From: Lophium mytilinum
Lineage: Eukaryota
Direction of reading: 5' to 3'
DNA length: 64,000 nt
Assembly: GCA_010093605.1 (NCBI GenBank)
Contig: MU004184.1
Location: 64,179-128,178 of the forward strand
Positions 48,103 to 59,439 of this stretch are shown here, in pieces (within the stretch, counting starts at the first letter, position 1; each line of letters begins with the position of its first letter). The notes beneath the pieces were generated by a model, which searched no databases, was not told the DNA's origin, and worked only from the letters and a program-made list of their open reading frames with translations. Both the position numbers and the translations under genes were made by a program.

Positions 48103-49170
48103 CTAGTTTGACGCCCCCCTTCGCTCCGATCCTCCTATCAAGGTGGCCGCTCTAGTCTGCATTGTTCTAGTATATCCGGACCGGAAGGAAGCTGAGTAGA
48201 CTCTTACGCGACTTTGAGAGCCCGAAACCTCGGTATGAACGGTGCGAAATCCTGTATGTCCATCATAGCCTCGCCCGACGCACCGTATCCTTTGAATGAG
48301 AACATAATCTCCGCCACCCAAAATTTTCTTTTCTTGGGTCGTATAGATAGAAGAGCTTGCGGCATTGCCCTGAATCGCTGCGGAGCCTCCGGGAGCTTGA
48401 CGTTCGGCAAGTTGACGTTCGAAGTCCCGGATGCATTCCCGCCAATGGAGGGCCATCTTGAGAGTGAAATACGAAGGCAGGTTAGGTAGCAAATCGCACT
48501 CCTGTTGAGAGAGGGAAGAATAGTCGAGTACCAGAGAGAAGTAGAACGGCAGCCACATGCAGAGAGTCGAGTGATTCGGAAGATTCTCGTATGCTCGTAT
48601 GACGAACTGCAAGGACAGACGCCCTTTGGCAGGAACATGTCCGGTAGCCTTTGTTTCATAGCCATCTTGATAGATAGCTCGGAACATTCCCAGCACCTCG
48701 TTTCGAAGTGCTACGATCTCGTATCGGTCTCCGAAGATATAGAGATCCAGGAGTTCGCGCTCTCCCACAAGCTCCGGTAGACCATCCTCATAGCCATGGC
48801 GCCTGGTAAAAGGATACGAGCCATTGTATAGCCATTGCATGAACAGACTCATTAGGTGTACGGATGTATCGGCAAGTACAACGCTCCGCTCCGTTGATGA
48901 TTTGATTCCACCTTCGAAGGCGCCGCGAAAGAACCCAGAGCAGTTGCACAACAGCTCGCGATGTATGTTGAACGGCGTAGCCTCTGGACCGACCTTTAGT
49001 GTAACAGTGGCTTGATCGGTGGGGTCGTGGTCATCAATGGACGCTGACATCGTAGGCATATTCAGAGATGCGCTTTCGTCCTTGGTAGGACTTTCGAGTG
49101 GCATTCGGTATTGCTGGGATTCGGGCGGTTGGAACTTCACGAACCTTGCTAATCGAGTTTCGAGTGACAT
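48103..49170 (-). CDS. BTB/POZ domain protein (paralog 3); start and 3' end uncertain
   Basis: [47 protein letters not shown] and RAYENLP. Confidence 0.88.
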   Translation of the reverse strand: MSLETRLARFVKFQPPESQQYRMPLESPTKDESASLNMPTMSASIDDHDPTDQATVTLKVGPEATPFNIHRELLCNCSGFFRGAFEGGIKSSTERSVVLADTSVHLMSLFMQWLYNGSYPFTRRHGYEDGLPELVGERELLDLYIFGDRYEIVALRNEVLGMFRAIYQDGYETKATGHVPAKGRLSLQFVIRAYENLPNHSTLCMWLPFYFSLVLDYSSLSQQECDLLPNLPSYFTLKMALHWRECIRDFERQLAERQAPGGSAAIQGNAASSSIYTTQEKKILGGGDYVLIQRIRCVGRGYDGHTGFRTVHTEVSGSQSRVRVYSASFRSGYTRTMQTRAATLIGGSERRGASN

Positions 49171-50148
49171 TCAGTATAGGTAGGAATTGAACGATTGGTA
49201 CTTCACGAACCTTGCTAATCGAGTGGAGTGGGCAGCGGAAGGGCTCGTGATGATGATAGCGACGTCAACGCGAGTGTCCGCAAATTACACCGTCACGTGT
49301 ACAAATACTGATATACCATAAGCGAGCCTCACGTGACCAGGGTCGCGACTGATGAGCAGAACTTTAAAAGGACTAATGGCTTGAATAAACAGCACAACGG
49401 TGACATGGCTTGTCTGTAGGCTGTAAATGACTTTTTACGCCAACAAGAAGCTACAGCCCGTAACTAGAACCGTCTACTTTGGCTAATGTCAAATGAGATA
49501 GGTAGATAGTGTGTAAATTTGTACGAGAGAGTACGCGTCATTTTTTGAGGGCTTTATTCTGAGCGTCTTTCTATGCTTGTAGTCCCAGCTGGGCATTCTA
49601 TCTTTGAAATGCGATACGTTTCGGTGCCGAGAGACCTATAGCATAACATACATTGGCTATATAAAGGCAGTACCGAGAGATCACTGCCGTTTTTAATTTA
49701 GTACCGCTTGTTAGACCGTTCACCGAATACCCAGCGCCATTGCTACGCTCAGCTCTGACACACCGATCTCGGAAACGAAGAAAATTAAATAAAGACAGTT
49801 AAACAAAATCGAAATGTCTAATGATAACCCGAGATAATTCTAGTATACCTAGTAAGTTGATATAAGGAGAGACCAAGATATCATTGCACCTTCTTGAGCG
49901 AGAGCTAATTTCATGACAGTCTCGCCTAGGCCTTGCGCCCTTGGCTATTGCTAGTATAGCTGAGGTAATTCCCTCTCAGGTCCTCAATGCCTAAAATCCC
50001 GCTTTGGAAAACTATTTCGGTAGATCTCTGCACCGCAAGAACGGAGTCAGGATCGCGACGCGCCCGATGCTAGAACCGTATCGAATCTCACACCAGAGAG
50101 AGGTTTCGAAGACGAGACCAACGGTGAGCTCAGTTGGTTTGACGCTCG

Positions 50149-51123
50149 TTAACATTCTGGTGAAGAACTCCTGATCCTTCGGAACCTCGATCTAAAAATG
50201 GGACTATTGTACAGATCCAGGGCCGGACATGGTCCTTCAGATAGTGGCGGTGAATGCAGAACGCAAACTAATTTACCCGACTTGGCCGTGTCTTCATATA
50301 CCACGAAACGATCCGGATGATCAGGGTGAATACCAAGAACGCACCGATAGGCACGAATGGGATATCGTTGTAATTTCTTGATGTTCTTGGTAAGTCCCAA
50401 TAGCCTCAGCCTGTCGCAGGACTGCGTCGCGACGCCGAGAAGAAAAGTTGCTGGCAACTGGGGCAGAAACTCCTGATCATGATCTATGATAACTTTAGGG
50501 TTCCAAGTGCAGGCAAAGTGATCTACGAGCCATTTGCAGAGCTCTGAATTGTCCGGAAGGTTTTCAAACGCGCGTAGTACAAACTCCAAGGAAACGTTGC
50601 GATCAGAGACTGCTAGCCTAATCACTGCGAGCCGCTGAATCATATCCAAGCAATCTCGCCGCAGATCTGGGACGTCGTAACGATCACCGAAAACGAACAG
50701 GTCCAACAATTCGTCTTGATCTAGAATCTTGTGGTCTTGCAGAAACCCTTCGGTCTCCGGCGTGGCATCACCATCGGCAAAGGAGAACACTATGCCATTG
50801 TACAGCCATTGCGTGAATTGTCGCATCGAAGCTACTGTCACATCGTCCAGAGCAATGGTACGTTCCTCAGCCTCCTTGAAGCCGCCCTTGAACGCGCCTC
50901 GAAAATATTGCGAGTGCCTACAGAGTAGGTCTTCATGTATATGGAATGGAACGGCCTCGGGGCCTGCCTTTAGCGTCACGATTGCTAAGCCGGTAGGGAT
51001 GCTGCCTTGAGTGGTCGTACGCGCGGGCGACGGCCTTGTGTTGGTGGTGGGATGGCTGGACTCGCTCGCACCGTTCAACAGCCTAGCTGACCGCTTGCGT
51101 TTGAGGGATCCTTCGGACGACAT
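50149..51123 (-). CDS. BTB/POZ domain protein (paralog 4)
   Basis: ATG 51123 (MSSEGSLKRKRS), VTLKAGPEAVPFHIHEDLLCRHSQYFRGAFKGGFKEA and LFVFGDRYDVPDLR. Confidence 0.9.
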   Translation of the reverse strand: MSSEGSLKRKRSARLLNGASESSHPTTNTRPSPARTTTQGSIPTGLAIVTLKAGPEAVPFHIHEDLLCRHSQYFRGAFKGGFKEAEERTIALDDVTVASMRQFTQWLYNGIVFSFADGDATPETEGFLQDHKILDQDELLDLFVFGDRYDVPDLRRDCLDMIQRLAVIRLAVSDRNVSLEFVLRAFENLPDNSELCKWLVDHFACTWNPKVIIDHDQEFLPQLPATFLLGVATQSCDRLRLLGLTKNIKKLQRYPIRAYRCVLGIHPDHPDRFVVYEDTAKSGKLVCVLHSPPLSEGPCPALDLYNSPIFRSRFRRIRSSSPEC

Positions 51124-52574
51124 GCTGCAAAGGCAATTGAAGGATATCGAGCGCTTTGGAACGCTGATGCGGTAGCGGGAGGTTTTTGGAGGGGAATGTA
51201 GGCAGAGGGTGTTTACTAGGTGGAGTGTTAGATGGTGGGCATGGAAGAAGACAGGGGCGACGGGGAGCGTAAGCACAAACCGCGCCAGCACGTGCAGATC
51301 ACTCGACTCTCACACTCCTTCACACAGAGTACAACCAATATGGCGTCTCAGACTAGCGCTTCACTGAAATTATTTACAATGACTCAGAATGTCTAAAGAT
51401 CAATTCTACTGAAGATATTTTCACGTGACCTGAGACGTCCGCCCCAAACTTCTCCTAGGAACAACATCCATTCGCTGCTGTCATGCCTCAGCATGGACTG
51501 CATGAGCCAGAGACACCGAAACATCTATAGATCCATCAGTTTCTCACCAAAAAAAGCAGCATTCCTACTCCTATTCACCCCTCATATCACCTCCGAATTC
51601 AGACCAAAAACAACATATGTATGAGCCGAGATCCCTGACAGTCTAAACCCAGCTTAAAACCCTCAATTTTAGTGTAGGGGAGGGTGGGTCCATCCCGGCG
51701 TCACATCACCCCTCCAGAGCGCCATGTTTCCGCACGCCGCTCGAATCTAAGCTTCGTGCCGTGCTAGGTTAGAGTAGTGCCTCGAAAATCCCCAGCACGT
51801 CACTAGGGCCCTACTTCCCTATCTCGAAGGCGTTGAACTTGGCGCTCTGGAGGTTGATTGCCTCTTCTGTGCTGTGGAAGGGCGTCATTGTTGGCTTGGC
51901 CTCGAAGCGGAGCTATGGCTACAGCTGGGCTTGGTGAGGGCGTGGGCCGTGGTGGGGGAAGATATGTGGGGCGTGCAAGAGGTAGGTAGGATGGAATAAG
52001 AGTTCGTTGACGAATGGAAAAAGGGGAGTTTTTACTACCGTATGGACACCTTTTGAGGGCTGTGTCTGATGTGAACGTTGTTGATACGGGTGGCGCCGTC
52101 CCCAAACAGCTCTCGTCTCCCGAGTCCTCCTCGTCTTCGCCGTATGCCATCCCTAATACCAGATCATTAGTTCTTCAAATCTGCAACGAAGTTGTTAACC
52201 TTTACCTACTTTCCCCTTCGCTCTCACTAGCATCGCCTGACTATCGCCGCCGTCCTCTCGCCCCGCTCACGCTGCTATAACATGACGGCAACAGATTTCC
52301 CAACCCAAATTCTAACATCCAGAATCCAACATCACCTTCCAAACGTCGAAACATTACGGCGTTACCCCAAGCAGTGCCAAACTACCGCGCAATTCTTTCT
52401 CCTACTCCCTCAAGACCGCACACTCCTCACACGTCTCAACTTCCTTCGGCATGGACTCCTCTGTATCAAACACCCTCAGCTCTGTATCGCCGTTTTCCGC
52501 CCCAATCCTGTTCGCCAATCTCGCGTGCGCCCGGCACGGACGCCAGACCAGCACGTTCTGCAACGATCTGGCGA

Positions 52575-53723
52575 TCATCCAACAGCGCTCGCAAAGATCG
52601 ACGTAGCGTGGAGTGCCGCGGGCGAGACCAGGAAAACGGCGCGGATGATAATAGCACGTGTCGCTTTCGGTGATCGGGACTGGTAGGGGGCGCGAGATGT
52701 TTCAGAGTGCTGTGGTAGGGGTTGTATGCGTATGAGAAGAGTCGACCGTGTAGTTGAGTTGAGTGTGAAGGGGGAGTGTCCCTGGCTCGGGTTAGCTAGA
52801 AGGTGGCTTTGTAAACTGAGCAATGGGCGCGCAGCACTTTTCGCGGATAAGTCGCGTCGTGCGGTCGAAGAGACAGGACTCGTGATTCGAATTGCCCCGT
52901 CGAGAGCGGCGTCAGCGTCGTATGTGGTGGCTGGTAGGCCCTCTTTGCTTGCAACAGCTGCAAAGACTTGTTTGTCTGGAGTAACTGGAAGGGGAGTGTC
53001 TGGAGCGACTGGGCGTGGGCTCTCTTGTTGACAGACTTCGCGCAGTAAGGCTATCCATCGAGTGTAGGCTTCGTCCTTCGAGCGTTTGAGGGCGGCGTCA
53101 GGGCCGTCGGCGGTGGATAGTAAGGTCTTGTTGTCCACAGCAGCTAGAGAGACTTGCTCGTCTGGGATAGCTGGAGGAAGAGTGCTTGTGCCATCTGAGC
53201 GAGAGCTCTCTTTAGAGGGCTCGCGCCTTAAGGGCGGGTACAGAGTCATGAAGTCATAAATCGAGCTTTCTAAGGCGGCGACATCAGCGTCGTAGGTGGC
53301 GACTGACGAGGGCTTGTTGCTGACTTTAATTCGGCGAGCGACGGCACGGGGCTGATGTGGCTGTTCCAGCTTCTCGAGAACGTCGCCGGAGACTCGCAAG
53401 CTGTTTTCGCCCGCAGCAGTAGGAGAAGGTAGATCTGTTGGGGATGCCTGAGGAGTGTCTCTGTCGATTGACGTTGATGTGCCTAACGAGAAGTTGCCGC
53501 GCAATACGTCGGGGCGGGCGATTCGTAAGTGATGCCTGTTGACTTCCGCCTGGCGTTGGAGGACATCGAACTGCTCGATTTGCTCGACAAGGTCGGTGAG
53601 CATTAGCGATTCCTTTTTGCTCGCAGCAGCTGGCGGGAGCTTTCTGTCTGGATTTGGCGATGCAAACTTCATGGTGCTTGAGGTTGAGATTTTGTCCACA
53701 GAAGAAGCGGCTTGTGTAGACAT
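52575..53723 (-). CDS. Hypothetical low-complexity protein with internal repeats; 3' structure uncertain
   Basis: 382-aa ATG ORF with repeats TYDADVAAL/TADGPDAAL/TYDADAAL and PAIPDEQV/PVTPDKQV. Confidence 0.5.
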   Translation of the reverse strand: MSTQAASSVDKISTSSTMKFASPNPDRKLPPAAASKKESLMLTDLVEQIEQFDVLQRQAEVNRHHLRIARPDVLRGNFSLGTSTSIDRDTPQASPTDLPSPTAAGENSLRVSGDVLEKLEQPHQPRAVARRIKVSNKPSSVATYDADVAALESSIYDFMTLYPPLRREPSKESSRSDGTSTLPPAIPDEQVSLAAVDNKTLLSTADGPDAALKRSKDEAYTRWIALLREVCQQESPRPVAPDTPLPVTPDKQVFAAVASKEGLPATTYDADAALDGAIRITSPVSSTARRDLSAKSAARPLLSLQSHLLANPSQGHSPFTLNSTTRSTLLIRIQPLPQHSETSRAPYQSRSPKATRAIIIRAVFLVSPAALHATSIFASAVG

Positions 53724-54308
53724 TGGGAACGTTGGAGCTGGAATGTTAGAGAAGAGAATTCGACGGCAGAGTTTGCCTTTGTGTGTGCGAGGACGACACA
53801 GTGAGAATAGTTCCTTGGTAGAGACTTCGGTACTGTGGGTGTAATTTGCACGTGTTCCATGGTTCGGTTTTTGGATTCGTGGCCTCGGAGATCCAGCCTA
53901 TCAGCATGCTCGCGGTCGAAAATATGCATTCATTAGCGGTACTGGGAGACTGCCGAATTATGTAAGTTGGGACACAAAAGCGTGTTAGTCATTAGTAGAA
54001 GTATTCAAAGTAGGTAGGCCTAGGAAGTTCTGATTACAGGTGAAAGCATATAATTTTGAAACTGCCTTAGTAGGTCCCGGTATCTGATATGATGCTCAAA
54101 TCCACAGGACGAGTTTCACTTTCTGTTCAATCGTGGATGAAGTAGTAAAGCGACGGGAACAAATGGTTTGGAAGGAAAGAGCTGACGCTCCGGTTTATTC
54201 TGAGGCCAGTAGAGAGGGCGTAGTCGACTGTGCTTCCTAGCTACCGCCCTGCAGAGGAGGTTAAAATGCCTACTTCCTTTGTTGGTAGTGCATCCACTGG
54301 CCCTATCT

Positions 54309-55052
54309 TCAACTACCTGTTCCACGGATTGCCACATTGGGATAAGGTTGCATCGTGGACACATCCCTATTGACACGCTCCTCCTCCTCCAAAAACAAGA
54401 TTTCGTATCTACGGCGGTATGATTCAAGTTCCCAGTCCTCTTCTGTAACCCCATGATCCTCCATATGCGAGAACCTTGATTGCGATAAAATTGCGATGCG
54501 CAGCAAGAATGGCTGTGGTAGTAGGGGTAGTTTGTCTCTATGCTCGTTGAAGGTAAGGTCTCTTCTGTACGCAAAGACGAAAGCCAACCAATGGCACAAC
54601 GGGGCATCCTCCGGTAGATTATCATAGGCCCGGATAACCAAGTCCAGAGTGACATATTTCCCGTTATTATTGGTACTATCCCGGAAAATACACATGACCC
54701 CCCTTCGCAGCGCGGGGATGTTATAGCGGTCGCCGAAGATGTAGAGGTCGAGGAGGTCGTTTTCGTGGAATGTTTCCCGGTCGCTGGTGCTTTTCTCGAG
54801 TATCGGCTTCAACTCGTCGTTGTACAACCATTGCATGAATAGTTGCATCGTAGATTGAGACGTGTCATCTAGTTTCATGATCCTGTCGGACGCTTCTTTG
54901 AACCCTCCCATGAAGCCTGAGCGAAAGACTGTGGAACACTCGCAGAGCAGATCGCAGTGAACGTGGAAAGGGATAGCGTCGGCGCTTATGAGTAAGGTGA
55001 CTATTGGGGAGGAGGGGGCGAAATGGACGCAGCGGTTGCGGATGGGCGCCAT
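54309..55052 (-). CDS. BTB/POZ domain protein (paralog 5)
   Basis: [51 protein letters not shown] and RAYDNLP. Confidence 0.88.
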
Positions 55053-55464
55053 TTCGTTGATGCGGATGCCAGGGCCGGAGCCGTCGAGAAATCGTGATTT
55101 AATACGGAGCTGTGGGAGTTCAATCAGGTGGGAGAAAGAAGGATGAGGAGCAAACTGTCCAGATCTTAGTTTCAGAGTCGCCACGAACTTCCGTGTAGAT
55201 TCCAATATGTCCCATGGTACTCATGATTTAGCCCATGGTTGAAGTAATGATGCTTGGCGGGTCTTGGCGTCAAATTCCTGTCCTCTATTCAAGATCGCGC
55301 TTAGTGTCCGCCTGGATACTATCCAATGATGCGAGGAGGCTAACTTGTCGATATGAATCCAGAAACGAAAAAGAAAGCAAGCTATTACCTGTTGGTTATA
55401 ACCAATTTCAGTTTTTTCTGGTAACACCTAAAAGCCATATGAAGGAATATCTTGCTTGCTAGAA

Positions 55465-56409
55465 TTAGTTGGCTAAGGAACCGGGTTGGTGAGTCCTGTT
55501 TACTCGTCGGGATGGATTGGCCAAGGAACTGGGGATGGTGATGGTTATCCCACCTGTTCGCCGGGACGGGATGACCACGGACGACGCCGTCCTCTTTACC
55601 TGCTTACTAGGCACAGGGGACTCATTGGCAGCCTTATCTTTGCATCTCAGCTCAGCTAGCCGAGCTGATTCCTCCGTACAGAGAGCAGTTGAATCTTCAT
55701 CGTCATGCTCGTGGAAATGGCAGGGATCCTCGTTGAATTCTCCGCCGGCGGTAGGAATCAAACTCTCCTTATTTGTAGCCTGCAACAGTAAGAATCGTCT
55801 TCTACTGATCACTGCTACGCCTAATAGAAATTCGTGTGGCATGTTGTCGTAGGCGGCAATGTCGTCGTCGTTATCTTTTGCCGGGTTCCAATAGTGTGCA
55901 AAGTACTGGATCAGCCATCGACAAAGCGTGGAGGACGCCGGCAGCTTTTCGAAGGCCCGATGTATGTACGATGTCGACAAACTTTGAGCGGTACGATGGC
56001 CATACTGTATCTGAATGTATCTCATGGCAACATTACGTAGCTCCGGGACTTCGTAACGATCTCCAAACGCGTATAGATCGAGAAGCTCAGCGCTAGACAG
56101 ATGCCACGCGGGCTTGCTGCTATTCGACGTACGCTGGGTCTCTAGCTCTTGGGTATAGAGCCACTTCATGAGGATCTGCATCGTCTTGACATTGGTCTCC
56201 ACTGTGGTCGTGCGCTCCTCGGCTTCCTTGAAAGCGCCCTTGAAGAGTCCCCGGAAGTATTCAGAACAACCGCATAACAGCTCCAAATGCACATTGTATG
56301 GAGTGGCATCGGGGCCGACTTTCAGGGTCACGATTGTTTGGTCGGTGGGAGAGATGAAGGAGGATCGCTTGCGTTTGAGGGTCGGTGTCGATGACGCGGA
56401 TGGAGGCAT
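55465..56409 (-). CDS. BTB/POZ domain protein (paralog 6)
   Basis: TLKRKRS, VTLKVGPDATPYNVHLELLCGCSEYFRGLFKGAFKEA, LYAFGDRYEVPELR and PCHFHEH. Confidence 0.92.
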   Translation of the reverse strand: MPPSASSTPTLKRKRSSFISPTDQTIVTLKVGPDATPYNVHLELLCGCSEYFRGLFKGAFKEAEERTTTVETNVKTMQILMKWLYTQELETQRTSNSSKPAWHLSSAELLDLYAFGDRYEVPELRNVAMRYIQIQYGHRTAQSLSTSYIHRAFEKLPASSTLCRWLIQYFAHYWNPAKDNDDDIAAYDNMPHEFLLGVAVISRRRFLLLQATNKESLIPTAGGEFNEDPCHFHEHDDEDSTALCTEESARLAELRCKDKAANESPVPSKQVKRTASSVVIPSRRTGGITITIPSSLANPSRRVNRTHQPGSLAN

Positions 56410-57615
56410 TGAGGCAGCAGGGCCAGGGCCGGATCGAAGTCTTGTAGACGTAGGTTGACAATGGTCTGTAAGATGCCGGCTGATGGGATGTTGACGGTGG
56501 TGAAGCTGGAGAGCTGGTGGATACCGTACCGTGTGCAAGAAGGGGTGGCAGTCGCGCCTTTGGTCTCGCGTCTCGAATAGATGATACAGCGCTGTAAATA
56601 TGTAGGTATCTATACTCGAGTATTACCCGGTGAGTTGATGGCAAGTATGTATGGCGTCGACGGTCTTGAAGATGGAGAGTTGGCGAATCCAACGCTAGAA
56701 AGTTGAGTGGCAGGGTGACTCTCGTGGGAACGCGCCTGCTAAAGCTGCCTACTGCCCCTCAACACCATCGTCAGGGCTCCATTCCACCAACCCTAACACC
56801 GTCTTCACGATGGCCTAGCTATCCATATCTTCGGCACCAATCCTTTAGCATAACTGGGTGTAGACTTGAGCCTATACCTACCAATCATTCGCGGCTACGG
56901 CTTTCAGAATGCTGACCCATGTCTTGGCTTCCCCTCACAGCTGAGCCCTCGAGCATTGATAGAACACGCTGCACATCGACTAAATTCAGAGAAGTTCAAA
57001 AGAGGTTTAGACCTTTGTTGAAAGGTTCAAGATGTTTCCTTTTCTCCAATATCTCGCGACTGCAATATATACGAACGTCACATCTATCGGCGGACTCGAG
57101 TAATCCTCATCCAGTCATGCTCAGCTGCGGAGACGCGCCATCTCCGCACTTCCAAGAGGTCCCAAGACGGCTCCTCCGCCCTCTTCCTTGATCCTTATGC
57201 AAGCATCGAATCAAGCACAATCTTGCAGTCTCTATACGGAACTGCCATGGTAGCATGTACGACGTCGAAAGACTTGCGGGCTGGTTGCAGGGCGTGGCGG
57301 TGGCCACGAGGTTCTCTTCTATTTTTCGTTCTAAATTCTGTTTCCTGGACTTTTCATTTACACCTTTCTGATAAATTCTAATTTTCACGTGCATCTTTAT
57401 CACCCCCTGCGGGATTGATCTTCCGGCCCAAGTATTCGGCTGCTGAGTAACAGTCTGGACCTTAGGCCATATTTCTATCCTCAAACTACGAGTTCCTAGA
57501 CCGAAGTAGAAACTGAGCTCCCATTGATAGTTCTAGCTGTACCTCCAATTTCATCTTTCAGGCAACCTGGTAGGATTATATCAGGTTCGAGTCATTCCTA
57601 TGCCTCCGCTACAGC

Positions 57616-59262
57616 ATGACATCCATAGAGAAGACCGAAATCAGCCAGCTCGAGAATGTTCCGACTCTTGACGAATTGAAGAAGTCAATTACAATCGACA
57701 CCATCCGCAATGACGAAGCGCTCAAAGTACTAGCCCACTACGCGGGCAGCGAAACATGGGAGCTGAAAGAAGAGAAACGGTTGGTCAAGAAGATCAACCG
57801 AAGACTTGTGTCCATCCTCTGCATCACTTGCGGACCGGTATCCAATATTACGACAAAGCCATGCTCTCCCAAGCTGTACGCCCTATCCCTTCCTCCCGCC
57901 TTTCCTCTACTTCCACTTGACCCTCTCTAACGACCTACAGGCCCCCTTCGGCCTCCGCACCGACCTCGAACTCACCCAAGGCAACCGCTACTCCTTCTCC
58001 GCCAGCATATTCTACCTCGGCTTCATCGTCGGCTCCTACCCAGCTATCCTCCTCGCGCAGCGCTTCCCCATCGAGCGCGTCGCAGCCCTCATCGTCCTCA
58101 TCTGGGGCGGATGCCTCATGTGCACCGCCGCCGTCTCCAACTGGCAGGGCCTCTACGCCCAGCGCTTCTTCCTCGGCTTCCTCGAGTCCGGCATCTCCCC
58201 GATGTTCATGCTCGTCGTCGGCGAGTGCTATAACAAGAAAGAGCAGGCGCTACGCATGGGGGCATAGTACTGCTGCACGAGGTACGTGAGCGCTGTCTCT
58301 CCGCTCATCAACTACGGGATCGGGCGTATCAAGGGGAGCTTGGCGAGCTGGAAGTATATGTACCTCGTCGCCGGCGCGATCACAATGTTGTGGGCGGCTG
58401 TGATATTCTTCTTCATGCCGCCGGATCCGATTCGCGCGAACGGTTTCTCGGAGCGTGAGAGATATATCGCTGTGGCCAGGATGCGGCAGAATAATGCCGG
58501 CGTGCGGAATACGCATTTCAAAGCCGCGCAAGTCTATGAAGCGCTGCTGGATATCAAGTTCTGGATTGTCTTCGCGATCGCTTTTCTCATGATGATCGCG
58601 AACGGGCCTGTCTCTTCTTTCATCCCCATCATCATTGCCGGCTTTGGGTACAGCCCGCTTAACCCTCTCCTTCTAACCTTACCAGCCGGTGCGGTCTTTG
58701 GAACCATCGAGATCATGGCGCCACTTGCCGCCGCGAAGATCCCGAATTCAAGGAGCCGGATCATCGTAATTTGCCAATGCGGCACTATACTAGCGAGTTG
58801 GCTGCTATGGCTGCTGCCGCGGGAGTCGAAGGGGGGACTGCTGTTTGGGTGTTAAGTTCTCGCGAGCTTTGGGGGGAGCTGGGGTGTCGCGATGGGGATG
58901 CAGATTGCGAATACGGCCGGCTATACGAAACGGTCTGACACTTCTTCTGGTATCTTCGTGGGTTACTGCCTAGGTAGGTCGTCTGCTTTCATTGCCACGT
59001 GCTTTTCGTTGCTGATGAACCTTTAGGCAATCTTGTTGGTCCCCTCCTCTTCAAGCCCGCCGATGCGCCGGAATACGCACCGGGCTTTATCGGTGTGCTT
59101 ATAACCTCTATCATTACTGCGGCTCTGGCGGTGATGTATAGTTACGTCTGCGTCTGGGAGAACCACAAGAGGGCTGAGACCGGGACGATGGAGGGGTTTG
59201 AGCATGCGTACGAGGACGATCTCACGGATACGAAGAATCCACAGTTCAGGTATACGATCTAG
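57616..59262 (+). pseudogene. MFS allantoate permease (Dal5-like, ACS family) pseudogene
   Basis: QYYDKAMLSQA, SIFYLGF, QRFFLGFLES and ANTAGYTKR motifs. Disrupted by a frameshift at ~57834-57838, TAG at 58265 and TAA at 58853. Confidence 0.9.
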
Positions 59263-59439
59263 AGACCCAGGGAGGCTTCGATGTACGTGGTGGGTTGCCA
59301 AAGACTACTCGCTGTCTGTTTAACTTGTACTATGGCCTATCGCAGTGTCCGGAAATGCGTGAAATAGATGCTCGTGATCATTCACTCCCATATCACGTGC
59401 TGAGGGGCTTTACATCCTATCCTGGGATTGGCGAGGATG

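Noticed and set aside
51803..52680. Possible further exons or a Cys-containing reading frame downstream of the 53723 ORF
   Set aside because: I could not build a stop-free spliced model.
35000..57000. Starship or other large mobile element carrying the accessory block
   Set aside because: No tyrosine recombinase captain, transposase or terminal repeats were recognised in the window.
58265..58267. TAG at a conserved Trp as an A-to-I restorative editing site
   Set aside because: A separate frameshift and a TAA stop also disrupt the gene, so simple pseudogenisation is more parsimonious.
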